Below are positions 1 through 10,036 of a DNA stretch of 64,000 nt, in pieces (position 1 is the first letter of the stretch; each line of letters opens with the position of its first letter). The DNA lies in NCBI GenBank assembly GCA_050011875.1, contig JBEKIG010000013.1, forward strand, positions 1 through 64,000, given 5' to 3'. The position numbers and the translations under genes are program-made. The notes under the pieces are model-generated. The model worked only from the letters and a program-made list of their open reading frames with translations, was not told where the DNA came from and made no database searches. This stretch comes from Nitrososphaeria archaeon. GTDB taxonomy: Archaea > Thermoproteota > Nitrososphaeria > JACIWG01.

Positions 1-2
1 TC

Positions 3-119
3 TGTAAACAGAACTATCAACCAAAGAATGGAAAATTTGAAATTCCTGATCTTCCCGGCCTAGGCATTGAACTAAACGACAATGTTGTCAACCAGTCTAC
101 AAAAATTCTAATCAAATAA
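3..119 (+). CDS. C-terminal end of an enolase-superfamily (mandelate racemase/galactonate dehydratase-like) enzyme, partial at window edge
   Basis: Own translation CKQNYQPKNGKFEIPDLPGLGIELNDNVVNQSTKILIK*; P-x-x-PGLGIELN is the typical C-terminal motif of this family. Confidence 0.75.
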   Translation, partial: CKQNYQPKNGKFEIPDLPGLGIELNDNVVNQSTKILIK

Positions 120-130
120 GGATATACAGT

Positions 131-181
131 AATTGAAAGATACTTATTTCAATAACAAAGAATTAGCAGATACTTATTTCA
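131..181. promoter_or_regulatory. Tandem direct repeat AGATACTTATTTCA (138-151, 168-181; 30 bp period) just upstream of the TATA box of pdaD
   Basis: Two exact 14 bp copies, each preceded by AATT at the same offset; TTTAAATA at about 189-196. Confidence 0.5.
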
Positions 182-223
182 GATTAAATTTAAATAACTC
201 TTTTTTCCTCTCCAAACTAGGAA

Positions 224-778
224 ATGTCCACTTTTATTCCAACAAAATACTTTTTGACTAATGGCGTTGGCGTGCACAGGGATAGACTAGCGAGCTTTGA
301 GCTTGCTTTACGTGATGCTGGCATTCAATATTGTAACCTAGTTTCTGTAGCTAGTATAATACCACCTAAGGCTAGGCACATTTCTAGAAAAGAGGGAATG
401 AAGCTTATTTCTCCGGGCCAGATAATATTTGTGGTAATGAGTAAAAATGAAACCAACGAACCCAATAGACTAATATCTGCATCTGTGGGATTAGCCATTC
501 CAAATGACAAATCATTGTTCGGCTATCTCTCTGAATTTCATTCTTTTGGGATGACAGGAGAGAAGTGTGGTGAATACGCAGAGGATCTTGCTGCTTACAT
601 GCTTGCATCAACTTTAGGTCTAGAATTTGATCCTGACAAGAGTTATGACGTTCAAAGGGAACAGTGGCGCATCTCTGGAAAGATAGTTAAGACGTTAAAT
701 ATAACGCAATCAGCTGAGGGTAATAATAAGGGTGGCTGTTGGACAACAGTGTTTTCTGCAGCAGTCCTTTTACCGTAG
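224..778 (+). CDS. pdaD: Pyruvoyl-dependent arginine decarboxylase
   Basis: SFELALRDAGI..NLVSVASIIPP self-cleavage region (Ser retained); GYLSEFH and WTTVFSAAV motifs. Confidence 0.9.
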   Translation: MSTFIPTKYFLTNGVGVHRDRLASFELALRDAGIQYCNLVSVASIIPPKARHISRKEGMKLISPGQIIFVVMSKNETNEPNRLISASVGLAIPNDKSLFGYLSEFHSFGMTGEKCGEYAEDLAAYMLASTLGLEFDPDKSYDVQREQWRISGKIVKTLNITQSAEGNNKGGCWTTVFSAAVLLP

Positions 779-1087
779 CTCCATGATTTTTCTCCTTCTT
801 GAGTAAGTTTGGTGTCTTTTGCCTTGTATTCTGCTATAAAAAGAAAGGCATAGTACATATATACAGAGGATAGCACAAATATAAAGAAGAAGGGGGATAG
901 AACAACAAATGTTTAGGTATAATTATGCTTATTTTTGGCAGGCGAAGTTCGATATAGCGGACAGGCTGTTCGCAGAGGAGGACCAGCTCTACGGCCAATG
1001 ACGATTTCAAAAGCCTTTCAGAGGCAGTAGAGCAGGCGATCGAAAGTTTCTTCGTCAGCGACCCCATTATTCTAGAAATGAGCTAAG

Positions 1088-2641
1088 ATGAGAACAATTT
1101 CTATAAAAGCTAGCGAAGGAAGGAGAGCTCGATTACTTGCAGCTTTAGCCATTCTTCTTTTATCTGCAACCTTGCTAGCGGCCGCCTTCAACATCGTGAA
1201 CAGAAATATGCAGTCCACAGGCGCAGGAGCGCAGACAACAACTACGGTGGAAGTTGAGCTGGTTGTCAAGTACGTGAATGGAACACTGAACCTGGTCCTA
1301 CCTTTGCAGACCAACTTTACAAAGGCAAGTAACAGCACACTTTTCCTTATTATCGGAAGCACCGGAACGAGCTACATGCGAAACTTTGTGGGAGAAACGT
1401 ACTCCAATGGTGAATGGTACTCCAACCTATCAAGCCCTCTGGGATACGGCGGTGAGAATTTGGAACTTGCAGCACCAAAGTATGCAGATTCTGAAACAGA
1501 AAAGAACGTCATAATAAAGCCGGCTCTAGACCTCCAGGGCGTTATACCATCTATGAAGGACACAAACCTTCTATCTATTCTGCCACAGTCTGCGCAGACA
1601 GACCTCCTATATTACCAAGATCAGGAACTATTCTATTCATCCAGACCTCTTGACAGCCCTTATAATTTGTCATACAACATATACAACTTTGACCCTCAAA
1701 TTCTGAATAATGCGACCGTGAATGAGGATGCAGAATACCTGTCTGTACCACAATCACTGGCTAAGGACCTGCAAAGTTTAGCGGAAAATGTTACAGGTAA
1801 TACCACATCACTATATGAAAAATGCAAAGAATTAGAATCTTACCTGCAAAGTAACTACGTCTACAGCCAGAATTTGACCGCAGCACCAAACGGTACGGAC
1901 CCGATTGAATGGTTTCTGTTTCATGATAAAAAAGGGGTCTGCACCCAATTCAACACTGCTTTCGTCCTTATGGCTAGGACCCTAGGGCTGCCGGCTAGGC
2001 TAGTTGGCGGTTATGCAATTAACAGTACCGAGGTATCTCAAGAAGTTACTCAGCAAGACTCACACGCCTACTCAGAGGTGTTCTTTAATGATGTTGGATG
2101 GATCACCTTTGACGCTACAGCTCCCCTTCCGAATAAGGCAGTGCCAGCAAACAATCTTTCTGTCCATACATATCCCTCGTCATATTACTACCAGCAGGGC
2201 GATATTCCAGGGCGCATCACCACCTATACGACAATTCTCTCCTGCCCCAAAATTGGGGTTAATGGCGACAATTTCACTGTCTATGGAACTGTCACAACCT
2301 GGATCCGTCAACTGGAACTGTCACATATCAGCGGCCTTATAGTTCTAATTACGCTGTCAAAGGATAAGTTGGAACAGGGTACGTTCGTAGGCGAAGGGAT
2401 GACCATCAACGGATACTTCAACATCACGTGCATGATCCCAAGCAACTTTACGTCGGGTGACTACAACGTAACCGCAAGAACCCTTGGAAACGGCGTCTAT
2501 AACGGTTCATCAAGCGACCCTATTATAACTGTCATGACTGGAACTAAAATAGACCTGATTACACCACAAGAAGTTGAATCGTTGAATTTAATTTTTAATT
2601 GTGAGTTTACGATGCGTTGCGCAGAAAGCCCACGACTTTAG
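1088..2641 (+). CDS. Secreted/membrane-anchored transglutaminase-like (TgpA-type) protein, probably C-terminally truncated
   Basis: N-terminal TM; G-V-C-T-Q-F...LGLPARLVGGY, HAYSEV, GWITFDAT (Cys-His-Asp triad); ORF ends inside an IS200/IS605-like end hairpin. Confidence 0.8.
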   Translation: MRTISIKASEGRRARLLAALAILLLSATLLAAAFNIVNRNMQSTGAGAQTTTTVEVELVVKYVNGTLNLVLPLQTNFTKASNSTLFLIIGSTGTSYMRNFVGETYSNGEWYSNLSSPLGYGGENLELAAPKYADSETEKNVIIKPALDLQGVIPSMKDTNLLSILPQSAQTDLLYYQDQELFYSSRPLDSPYNLSYNIYNFDPQILNNATVNEDAEYLSVPQSLAKDLQSLAENVTGNTTSLYEKCKELESYLQSNYVYSQNLTAAPNGTDPIEWFLFHDKKGVCTQFNTAFVLMARTLGLPARLVGGYAINSTEVSQEVTQQDSHAYSEVFFNDVGWITFDATAPLPNKAVPANNLSVHTYPSSYYYQQGDIPGRITTYTTILSCPKIGVNGDNFTVYGTVTTWIRQLELSHISGLIVLITLSKDKLEQGTFVGEGMTINGYFNITCMIPSNFTSGDYNVTARTLGNGVYNGSSSDPIITVMTGTKIDLITPQEVESLNLIFNCEFTMRCAESPRL

Positions 2642-2654
2642 TCGTGTGATGAAT
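2623..2654. mobile_element. Orphan IS200/IS605-superfamily end remnant (subterminal hairpin)
   Basis: AGAAAGCCCACGACTTTAGTCGTGTGATGAAT with hairpin CACGAC-TTTA-GTCGTG, matching the recalled end motif AAGCCCACGACTTTAGTCGTGG; no tnpA/tnpB nearby. Confidence 0.6.
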
Positions 2655-2812
2655 ACATGAAGAATTATTATATAATAGCCTCGATGCTATTTTATTGTTG
2701 AAAGTCTCATGGATAAGCCTTCGCAAGAAGCACATGTTATACTCCCTAGTATGTGGATCTATAAAATTGAGTCTCAAACTTATAAAATATATTTTGTAGA
2801 AGGAGAATATTT

Positions 2813-4154
2813 ATGTCTGAAAAAATAAATTATGAACCAAAATATCATGTTGCCGGTGTCTGCGAGGTGGTTCGCGTCGAGCGGCCAACTCCTTGTGTAA
2901 GGCGAATCACTCTTTACAACGTAGCCTTGGAGGGCTTGAAGGGTCACTGGCGACCAGAGATGCTAATCCGTCTTTATTTTCCCCCAAAGGGTCATAGCAA
3001 TCCTCCAGAACCTTTCCTCACGCCTGACGGTGAATTGGAATTCAGAACTACATCCGAGACTGAGGTTAGTTCCTTCAGCGCATTTTCTGAGGACCCGCTC
3101 GTTCGGGCTTATACCGCACGTCGATTCAGACCAGATACGCTTGAACTCACCGTTGACTTCGCTCTGCATGATGTCTTAGGGCTTGCCAGCGATTGGGCTC
3201 GCAATGCAAAAGTGGGGGGACCATATAGGAGTAGTGGAGTTCTCCCTTCCATCGGGTCATAGCCCAGCGACTGCTCACGAAGCGGATGTGTTTGTGTTTT
3301 GCGCAGATGAGGCGTCACTTCCAAATGCACAGACTGACCTCGAAGCCTTTGCACCCGGAACAAAGGTGATTGCCTTCTTCGAGGTCGCTAATAAGCTCGA
3401 AGAACAGCCTATCGACACTAAGGCTAATCTCACGGTGACATGGCTACATCGCGGTGACGCAGAACCGGGCACAAGCGGTCTCCTACTGAAAGCAATTCGA
3501 GAGCTTGTATGGCCAGGGGGAAAGGTCTTCGTCTGGGCGTGTGGCGAGATGAAGATAGTTACTGAAATACGTAAGTTCATCATAGACGAGCGTGGTCTCC
3601 AAAAGGGTGACTTCAAATGTTAAGCTTACTGGCGACGTGGAAAAACCGAGGTAGAACGTATGGCGCGTATGACCGAACTATCTCTGGCGGCTGCCGAGTC
3701 CAATCCAGAAGCCTTTAAGGAGTCATTTGAAAATATCGGTATGGACATCGTCGATCCTACGCTGTTTGGCGAACCAGAACAGATTGAAGCGGATCAAAAT
3801 AAGGTACCTGAACTAGACACTGCAATCAATAGGACCAACCCTGAAGAAAACAAAATTATGATTGTTTCCGACACATGGGAAATCACAATGAAGACGCCTC
3901 TAGGTACCCAAAAGGCAACACTACATCTCTCCATTGACGGTAACAAGCTCACGGGTAGGATGGAGAGTCGCGCGGGCCACAGCAATATTACAGACGGAAC
4001 AATTGATGGTAATACATTGATGTGGAAAGCGTCGATAAAGTTTCCACGGCGCATAACGTTTGAATTCAGCGCAAAGGTGGACGGTGACTCAATGTCTGGA
4101 ACGGTAAAACTAGGACCCTTGGGTCAAGCAACCTTCAAAGGCATAAAAAACTAG
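2813..4154 (+). pseudogene. Siderophore-interacting protein (ViuB/FAD-binding) with C-terminal extension, broken by a frameshift and a nonsense codon
   Basis: RAYTARRF, VDFALH, ASDWARNA, ADEASLP, VWACGE motifs; extra G in the G6 run 3214-3219; in-frame TAA 3621-3623 followed by AYWRRGKTEVERM continuing in frame into ORF 3660-4154. Confidence 0.8.
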
Positions 4155-4459
4155 CCTGATGGCTCTTGTAGTAAAAGACAACTTCAGAAATTTAGTTTTT
4201 ACTATTCTTTTTTCAAATAATGTTTTGGGACTTCCGTAAGGTTTTTTCGAAGGGGAGTGTTCAAATCCCGAATGCAAAGACTTATTATTTTTGGCACAGG
4301 ATTAGAACCATACTCGAAACTGTGATAAACTTTGCTGTAATGTCTAACGTTGGGGAACCCTAAATATTTTTCGCCAAAGGTAATGAACGCAGTTATCGAA
4401 TACGACCCGGCAATGTATATCTGAGCAAAACATAAATATCATTTGAATGAATACGAATT

Positions 4460-5092
4460 GTGAGAATTACTATTTTCGGGGCAACAGGTGAAACGGGCAG
4501 ACAACTTGTCCAACAAGCTCTTGCAGCAGGACACGAAGTTGTGGCATATATCCGCAATCCATCCAAGCTTAACATTGACCATGAACATTTAAAGGTCATT
4601 CAAGGCGAATTGGCCGATGAAACGTTGATTGAGAGTGCAGTGAGCGGGGCGGACGCCGTAATTAGCGCCCTGGGCCCACGGGGCGGTTCAAAAGATAAAC
4701 CGATCACGCAGGGCATGCAAAACATCATTGCCGCCATGAAGAAACAAGGTGTACGCAGGCTAATCATTACGTCGACCCTAAGCGCTAAGGATCCAAACGA
4801 CCCGCTGAACTTCAAGACCAAGGCTCTAGTTAACCTTGTTAAGCTCACGATGCACGGCGCATACGAAGACATAGTCAGTGCGGCTGAAACGGTACGCAAC
4901 TCCGATCTTGACTGGACTATCGTGCGCTTGACAATGCTTAACAACAATCCCAAATCTGGAAAGGTCAAGACTGGCAATGTAAGTGCGGGCGAAGTAGGAA
5001 CATGGATTTCCCGCGCAGACGTTGCTGATTTTATGCTCAAGCAGGTAGAGCACACGGAATACTTGCGGCAAGCACCAGCAATAAGCAATTAG
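4460..5092 (+). CDS. NAD(P)H-binding atypical SDR / flavin reductase (biliverdin reductase B-like)
   Basis: GATGETG Rossmann motif, DWTIVR, ISRADVA. Confidence 0.9.
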   Translation: MRITIFGATGETGRQLVQQALAAGHEVVAYIRNPSKLNIDHEHLKVIQGELADETLIESAVSGADAVISALGPRGGSKDKPITQGMQNIIAAMKKQGVRRLIITSTLSAKDPNDPLNFKTKALVNLVKLTMHGAYEDIVSAAETVRNSDLDWTIVRLTMLNNNPKSGKVKTGNVSAGEVGTWISRADVADFMLKQVEHTEYLRQAPAISN

Positions 5093-5136
5093 CATTTGAT
5101 AGATGAGTAAGGAAAGAAGAAGAATGAAGAGTTGGG

Positions 5137-5226
5137 GTGGAAAAATCAACTCTTGTTAAAGTTGCTGAAACTTCATAGATACCTCTGGGACAAATGAAGA
5201 TCGTAAAGCTTCCTGAAAAAGAAGTT
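5137..5226 (+). pseudogene. N-terminal fragment of a Rieske-type ferredoxin
   Basis: Own translation VEKSTLVKVAETS*IPLGQMKIVKLPEKEV resembles the VKVA-x-x-SEIP-x-G-x-MK-x-V N-terminus; TAG at 5176-5178; CxH motifs missing. Confidence 0.5.
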
Positions 5227-5420
5227 TTTGAGAAGCCTTCTAGATGGTTTCGGGTTGAAAAAGGAAATGATAGACGAGCTTCTTGACACCAAATACATGC
5301 CAAAACCAATGTGATCTAACAATGTTGGGGTCTTCTTGCAAATTTAGATAAAATGATTATAGATTATAGGTTTAAATTCAAGTTTAATAGCCACTGGAGG
5401 GTATCAATTTCTAAGGCGTA

Positions 5421-6311
5421 TTGAAGATGCAGGAAGCCTCCTGTCCACCAGACAGCACAAGAAATCTAGGTATAGCTTTGGGCGTGACGGCTGTCTTCTT
5501 TGTAATTGAACTTGTAGGCGGTATTCTAACAAACAGCTTAGCGCTGACGACTAACGCATGGCACATGTTGATCGATGTCTTCGGCCTTATCTTCACAATT
5601 ACCGCTGCATGGATTGCTACAAGGCCTGCTACGATCAGAAAAACTTACGGATATTATCGAGCTGAAATAATTGCAGGCTTCCTGAACGGCATTTTCCTTT
5701 GGGGTATCGTTATATTTATCATATTTGAAGCCATTCAACGGATTCAGGAGCCACAACAGGTTAAAAGCCTGAGCATGTTGATTATCTCAATTCTCGGCTT
5801 GGGCGCAAATGGCCTCTCCGCTCTGGTTATCTCAAGGACCAAGAGTTCAAGCTTGAATATTAGAGCAGCTTTCTTGCATGTTATGTTTGATGTTTTGGGT
5901 TCTGTAGGTGCTATTTCGGCAGGTGTAGTGATGCTGTTAACAGGTTGGTATCAGGCAGATGCCCTGATAAGCATAATGATTGGCGTCTTGATCTTCTATA
6001 GTTCAGGTAAGCTGATCTTTGAATCTCTTAACGTTCTCCTGGAAGGAGTCCCCAAAGGGGTTGACATAAACTGGCTTGAAAAGAAGATTTCTGAGATGGA
6101 TGGTGTGATTAGTGTGCACGATCTCCATGTCTGGTGTATTGCTCCGAACAAAACATGCTGTTTAAGCTGCCACATTATTGTAAACCAAAACGTGGACAGA
6201 AAGCGTTTAATTTCAGATCTGATTAATGAATTGAAGAAAGACTTTGGGATAGATCATACTACCTTCCAGCTTGAAGATGAAAACTATCCGAAAGCCGCTA
6301 ACGAACACTGA
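5421..6311 (+). CDS. czcD: Cation diffusion facilitator (Zn/Co/Cd) exporter, CzcD/ZitB-like
   Basis: HMLID, TYGYYRAEI, NIRAAFLHV..D, VHDLHVW, DHTTFQLE. Confidence 0.9.
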   Translation: MKMQEASCPPDSTRNLGIALGVTAVFFVIELVGGILTNSLALTTNAWHMLIDVFGLIFTITAAWIATRPATIRKTYGYYRAEIIAGFLNGIFLWGIVIFIIFEAIQRIQEPQQVKSLSMLIISILGLGANGLSALVISRTKSSSLNIRAAFLHVMFDVLGSVGAISAGVVMLLTGWYQADALISIMIGVLIFYSSGKLIFESLNVLLEGVPKGVDINWLEKKISEMDGVISVHDLHVWCIAPNKTCCLSCHIIVNQNVDRKRLISDLINELKKDFGIDHTTFQLEDENYPKAANEH

Positions 6312-6503
6312 TAAGGGATTGAGATAGGAATTTAGAATAGAAAAAATTTTAATGCCTCACTATTTACAGGTACTGATTTTGGGTCTAGACCAACTATGAT
6401 TCCAATTCAATGTTCTATCTTATTTATCCAAAATAGGTATATCTGAATAAAAGATTAAAACCTTTAAGTCTGCTTAACATCCAAACAATATAAGAGAAAG
6501 AAT

Positions 6504-7202
6504 ATGTCGAAACAAAACAGTCTCCATGTTTTTTCCGCTGGTGCAGTAGCACCCCCCATAAAGAAATGTGCTGCAGAGTTCAAAGCGACATCTGGAACAG
6601 AATTTGAGTTTACTGTCGGAAAAGCTGAAGACCTCATAGAAGAAATCACAGAAACTAAAGAGGGCGACTTGCTGACTTGCGGTTCAGAATACATACTTGA
6701 CCACGCACAGTTGAAGGGTTTAGTTCTTAAAGAAACAAGAAGAAGCCTTGGCTCAAGAACGTCTGCTATTCTTGTGCAAACAGGAAATCGGAAAAAGATA
6801 AAGTCAATATCTGATTTGGCAAAAGAAGGAATGCGTGTTGGCGTTTCTGTAGGCGGCTGCTTGACGGGAGTCTGGGATGATTTAGCAACTAAAGCGGGAT
6901 TCGTCGAGCAAGTCAGAAAGAATACCGTTGCTTATGCGGATGGATGCGGGGAACTAATGTCTTATATCAACAAGAAGAAAGTGGATGCAATCTTGGGTTG
7001 GGATGCCTTCAAGAACTTGAACATGCAAACCATGGATATTATAGAGTTGCCAAAAGACCTTCAAGTGCAAAGAAGCACAGCGATAGGTGTAATAACCTTC
7101 TCCAAGAACAAGGAATTAGCCACGAAATTCATTAACTTTCTAGTATCCGAAAAAGGCAAAAAGATTTACGAAGAATATGGATGGCATCACATATCACTTT
7201 GA
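6504..7202 (+). CDS. ModA-like molybdate/tungstate-binding protein without a signal peptide
   Basis: LHVFSAGAV...; AILVQTGN-K-I-S-DLAKEG; AxKFINFLVSEKGKKIYEEYGW. Confidence 0.75.
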   Translation: MSKQNSLHVFSAGAVAPPIKKCAAEFKATSGTEFEFTVGKAEDLIEEITETKEGDLLTCGSEYILDHAQLKGLVLKETRRSLGSRTSAILVQTGNRKKIKSISDLAKEGMRVGVSVGGCLTGVWDDLATKAGFVEQVRKNTVAYADGCGELMSYINKKKVDAILGWDAFKNLNMQTMDIIELPKDLQVQRSTAIGVITFSKNKELATKFINFLVSEKGKKIYEEYGWHHISL

Positions 7203-7324
7203 TAAATTGCTTTCTATGCAAAATAAGTTTAGTAAAAACAAATCGCTGATCTACACTCTAAACTATTCATCGTATTGGCTTAGCACTATAATAGACCTTG
7301 TTGTGTCTTGAGAACTACGATTGA

Positions 7325-8341
7325 TCATTTGTGCCCTGCGATCGGTTTTGGCAAGTATGGTTCTTCCATGTAGGCGATGTCTTTTTCGGAGAGACCGACT
7401 TCTATCGATTCGACAGCCTCTTGCACGTGCTCGGGCTTCGAAGTCCCTATGATAGGCGCTGTGGCCCCCTTCTTGAACAGCCATGCCAACGCGATCTGAA
7501 CCGGCTTCACCCCATTGTCCTGCGCTACTTCAGTAACCCTTCTGACGATTTCAGAGTTTTCAGGAGGTTCGACGTAAGGTTTATAGACTAAACCGGCAAG
7601 TTTAGAGTCCGGTTGAAGCCTCGTCATATCGTTCCTACCGATCTCAATTCTTCCACCTTTCATATAGCGTCCAGACAGCAGGCCGACTGCGGTGGGATTG
7701 TAAGGTATTATTCCTATCTTCTGGTCTTTACATAGAGGCACCATCTCTCTTTCCTCCTCCCTGTACAGCAGGTTCCACTTGTCCTGCATGCTTGTAAATT
7801 TCTCATAACCCTTGATTTCACTCGCATACAAAGCCTTAGAAAACTGCCAAGCCCACATACTAGAACCCCCAATATAACGGACTAAACCACCTCTAACAAG
7901 ATCGTTTAATGTTGAAAGTGTTTCATCAATAGATGTTTCATAGTCCCACCTATGCGTCTGGTAGAGGTCAATATAATCCGTCTTGAGCCTCCTCAGAGAA
8001 CCCTTCACCTGTCCCATTATGTGCTTACGTGAGAGACCCCTCTGGTTCGGCTTCTCCCCCATCGGGTTGAAGACCTTTGTAGCAATTATTACATCCTCTC
8101 GCACGTCTTTGAGAAGTTCTCCCGTGATCTCCTCAGACCTGCCTAAGGAGTAGACGTTCGCCGTGTCGAAGAAGTTGACCCCCAAGTCAAGCGCTTTGCT
8201 TACAACCTTCCTCGCATCATCTAATTCGACCATCCATGGCTCAGCGTTTCCAAAATGCCAGCATCCAATCGCAATCGGGGACACTTTCAATCCTGACCAG
8301 CCTAATCTAACATACTTCATATCGTTCAACAAGCATGTCAA
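7325..8341 (-). CDS. Aldo/keto reductase (AKR9/YajO-like), copy 1
   Basis: FFDTANVYS-G-SEE, IIATKV, SLRRLKTDYIDLYQTHRWD; start probably at MKYVRLG. Confidence 0.95.
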   Translation of the reverse strand: MTCLLNDMKYVRLGWSGLKVSPIAIGCWHFGNAEPWMVELDDARKVVSKALDLGVNFFDTANVYSLGRSEEITGELLKDVREDVIIATKVFNPMGEKPNQRGLSRKHIMGQVKGSLRRLKTDYIDLYQTHRWDYETSIDETLSTLNDLVRGGLVRYIGGSSMWAWQFSKALYASEIKGYEKFTSMQDKWNLLYREEEREMVPLCKDQKIGIIPYNPTAVGLLSGRYMKGGRIEIGRNDMTRLQPDSKLAGLVYKPYVEPPENSEIVRRVTEVAQDNGVKPVQIALAWLFKKGATAPIIGTSKPEHVQEAVESIEVGLSEKDIAYMEEPYLPKPIAGHK

Positions 8342-8636
8342 CTTTGTTCTTCCTTAAAAGAATTAGCTGAACTTCTATGGTACAACTGAGAGTCTTAAAA
8401 TCGTCATAGCTGATCACATATTATGCTCATGCTCCAAAACTGAAGCCCTTCGATAAATCCTCCAAACGGAACTTGGCTGAAATTTTCAACATATTATACA
8501 ATTTTCAACAATAATAAATGGGGGAACTATTCTCTCTTCATATCCTTGATAAAAGTAAGATCATGTCTTTTGAAATAGACTCTAGCACCTTCGACCATTG
8601 GACAACACCGCCAGAGTTGGCGATAGAATAAAAAAT

Positions 8637-8867
8637 TTAATGAAGTCTTTTTCTCCTCAAAATGTAATAACCAAAGAGAAAGATAGCATAAATAACAGAG
8701 ATTAAAAAAACGAGAATTGGAATAACACCCTTGAGAAATAAAGAAATAAAGAGAAAAGCGGAAAGAACATAAGCAAGATACTTACACCAATCTGGAAAAA
8801 TCTTTTCAGACATTATAATACATTTGATGCATAGTAAAATAGTCATTAAAACCTTTCCAAATAACAA
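8637..8867 (-). CDS. Small two-TM membrane protein (true start probably internal, MSEKIFP)
   Basis: Two hydrophobic segments and a basic C-terminus RRKRLH. Confidence 0.45.
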   Translation of the reverse strand: MLFGKVLMTILLCIKCIIMSEKIFPDWCKYLAYVLSAFLFISLFLKGVIPILVFLISVIYAIFLFGYYILRRKRLH

Positions 8868-9013
8868 AAAAAGTACTAGAGATAATAGAATAACATTTTA
8901 TTTTACGTTATCATAAAACAGTAAGTTAGCTCTAAAAAATATGATAGTGGCTAGTTGTGAAGATTACATACTCTTATGAGTGAGAAGGTTCTTTCTAATA
9001 CATAAGTGATAAA

Positions 9014-9280
9014 ATGATCTTTATCAGTTTAATGAAGTTCAGGCAGAAGCCTACAAAGGAATTGATTGCTGAAAACGCGAAGCTCTTTGAAAAAGATAAG
9101 AAAGAAGGAGTGAAGTTTCTTGGAATATATTATACACTAGGCAGATACGACGCAGTCGGCATAATTGAAGCACCTGATGAAAAAACAGCTATGAAAGCCG
9201 CACTCAGAAGAGGAGGAATGTTCGCAGCTGAGACGCTCGTCGCAGTACCAGCTGAAGAAGCTAGAAAACTCGTCGAATAA
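9014..9280 (+). CDS. GYD domain protein
   Basis: YYTLGRYDAVGIIEAPD..ETLVA motif. Confidence 0.9.
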   Translation: MIFISLMKFRQKPTKELIAENAKLFEKDKKEGVKFLGIYYTLGRYDAVGIIEAPDEKTAMKAALRRGGMFAAETLVAVPAEEARKLVE

Positions 9281-9700
9281 GCAAGACACACCTTCCCAAC
9301 ATTTTTTTTGATATATTATAACGCATAGGACATTTGAGTTAGTTTATTCCTAGCCTTTTCTGTTGAAGTTCTTTAACTATCTTCTCTATCTCTGAAACCT
9401 TAGAAATCTCCTTTTCAACTTCACTTAAGCGGTTTTTATGCTGATATTCTCATTTCTTAAACTAATATTTTCAGTAGCATGATATTTGATATCATATATG
9501 ACCCTATAATTGTAATTGTCATAACCAACCTCGAACAAAGTCTTAATAAAACAGAAATCTCAGGAACTTCAAGACGCTTTAAAAGATTTGGAAGAAAACT
9601 CCATTCGTAGTGTGTTTAGAAATCTCTCTAAGGATAATGCTCTCTAATCAGAATGATTTTTAAGGCGCCAATACCAAGAAGGTTCACCGCAGTTTGGCAT

Positions 9701-10036
9701 TTAACGTTGTCTGTAGATACGTTTTGATCTTTTTTGTCGACTTTTCTGTTGTACTTTAGTCCGAGGCTTTGGGATCTTCTTCTTAAGAGTCGGAGTTAAT
9801 TCAAGAAGCTGTTGAAGGCTGATCTCCTGACCTGTCAGTGAGATAGCATATGCATCTTTGGCTTCGACCACTAATAAGGCCCAGGGGGTGACCATGGCTC
9901 CGAAAAGGCCCCTTTTCTCTCCCCCTGTCAGATTGTAGACTAAAACTACAGGGTAGAGAATTCTTCGCCCTATCTTGAGCTCTTCACCTATCATTATTTT
10001 CGTTTGATAGCCTATTTCAAACCCCTTATTCTTCAT
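9701..10036 (-). CDS. Divergent YtfJ/GerW-like protein
   Basis: IGEELKIGRRILYPV..G..VTPWALLVV, parallels the YtfJ motifs; third gene of the operon. Confidence 0.6.
   Translation of the reverse strand: MKNKGFEIGYQTKIMIGEELKIGRRILYPVVLVYNLTGGEKRGLFGAMVTPWALLVVEAKDAYAISLTGQEISLQQLLELTPTLKKKIPKPRTKVQQKSRQKRSKRIYRQR

Noticed and set aside
4252-4270. GTTCAAATCCCG T-loop-like sequence
   Set aside because: No T-stem pairing or remainder of a tRNA
4342-5330. TCTAAC(AAT)GTTGGGG on both sides of the SDR gene
   Set aside because: Short gapped match with no supporting structure; compatible with chance
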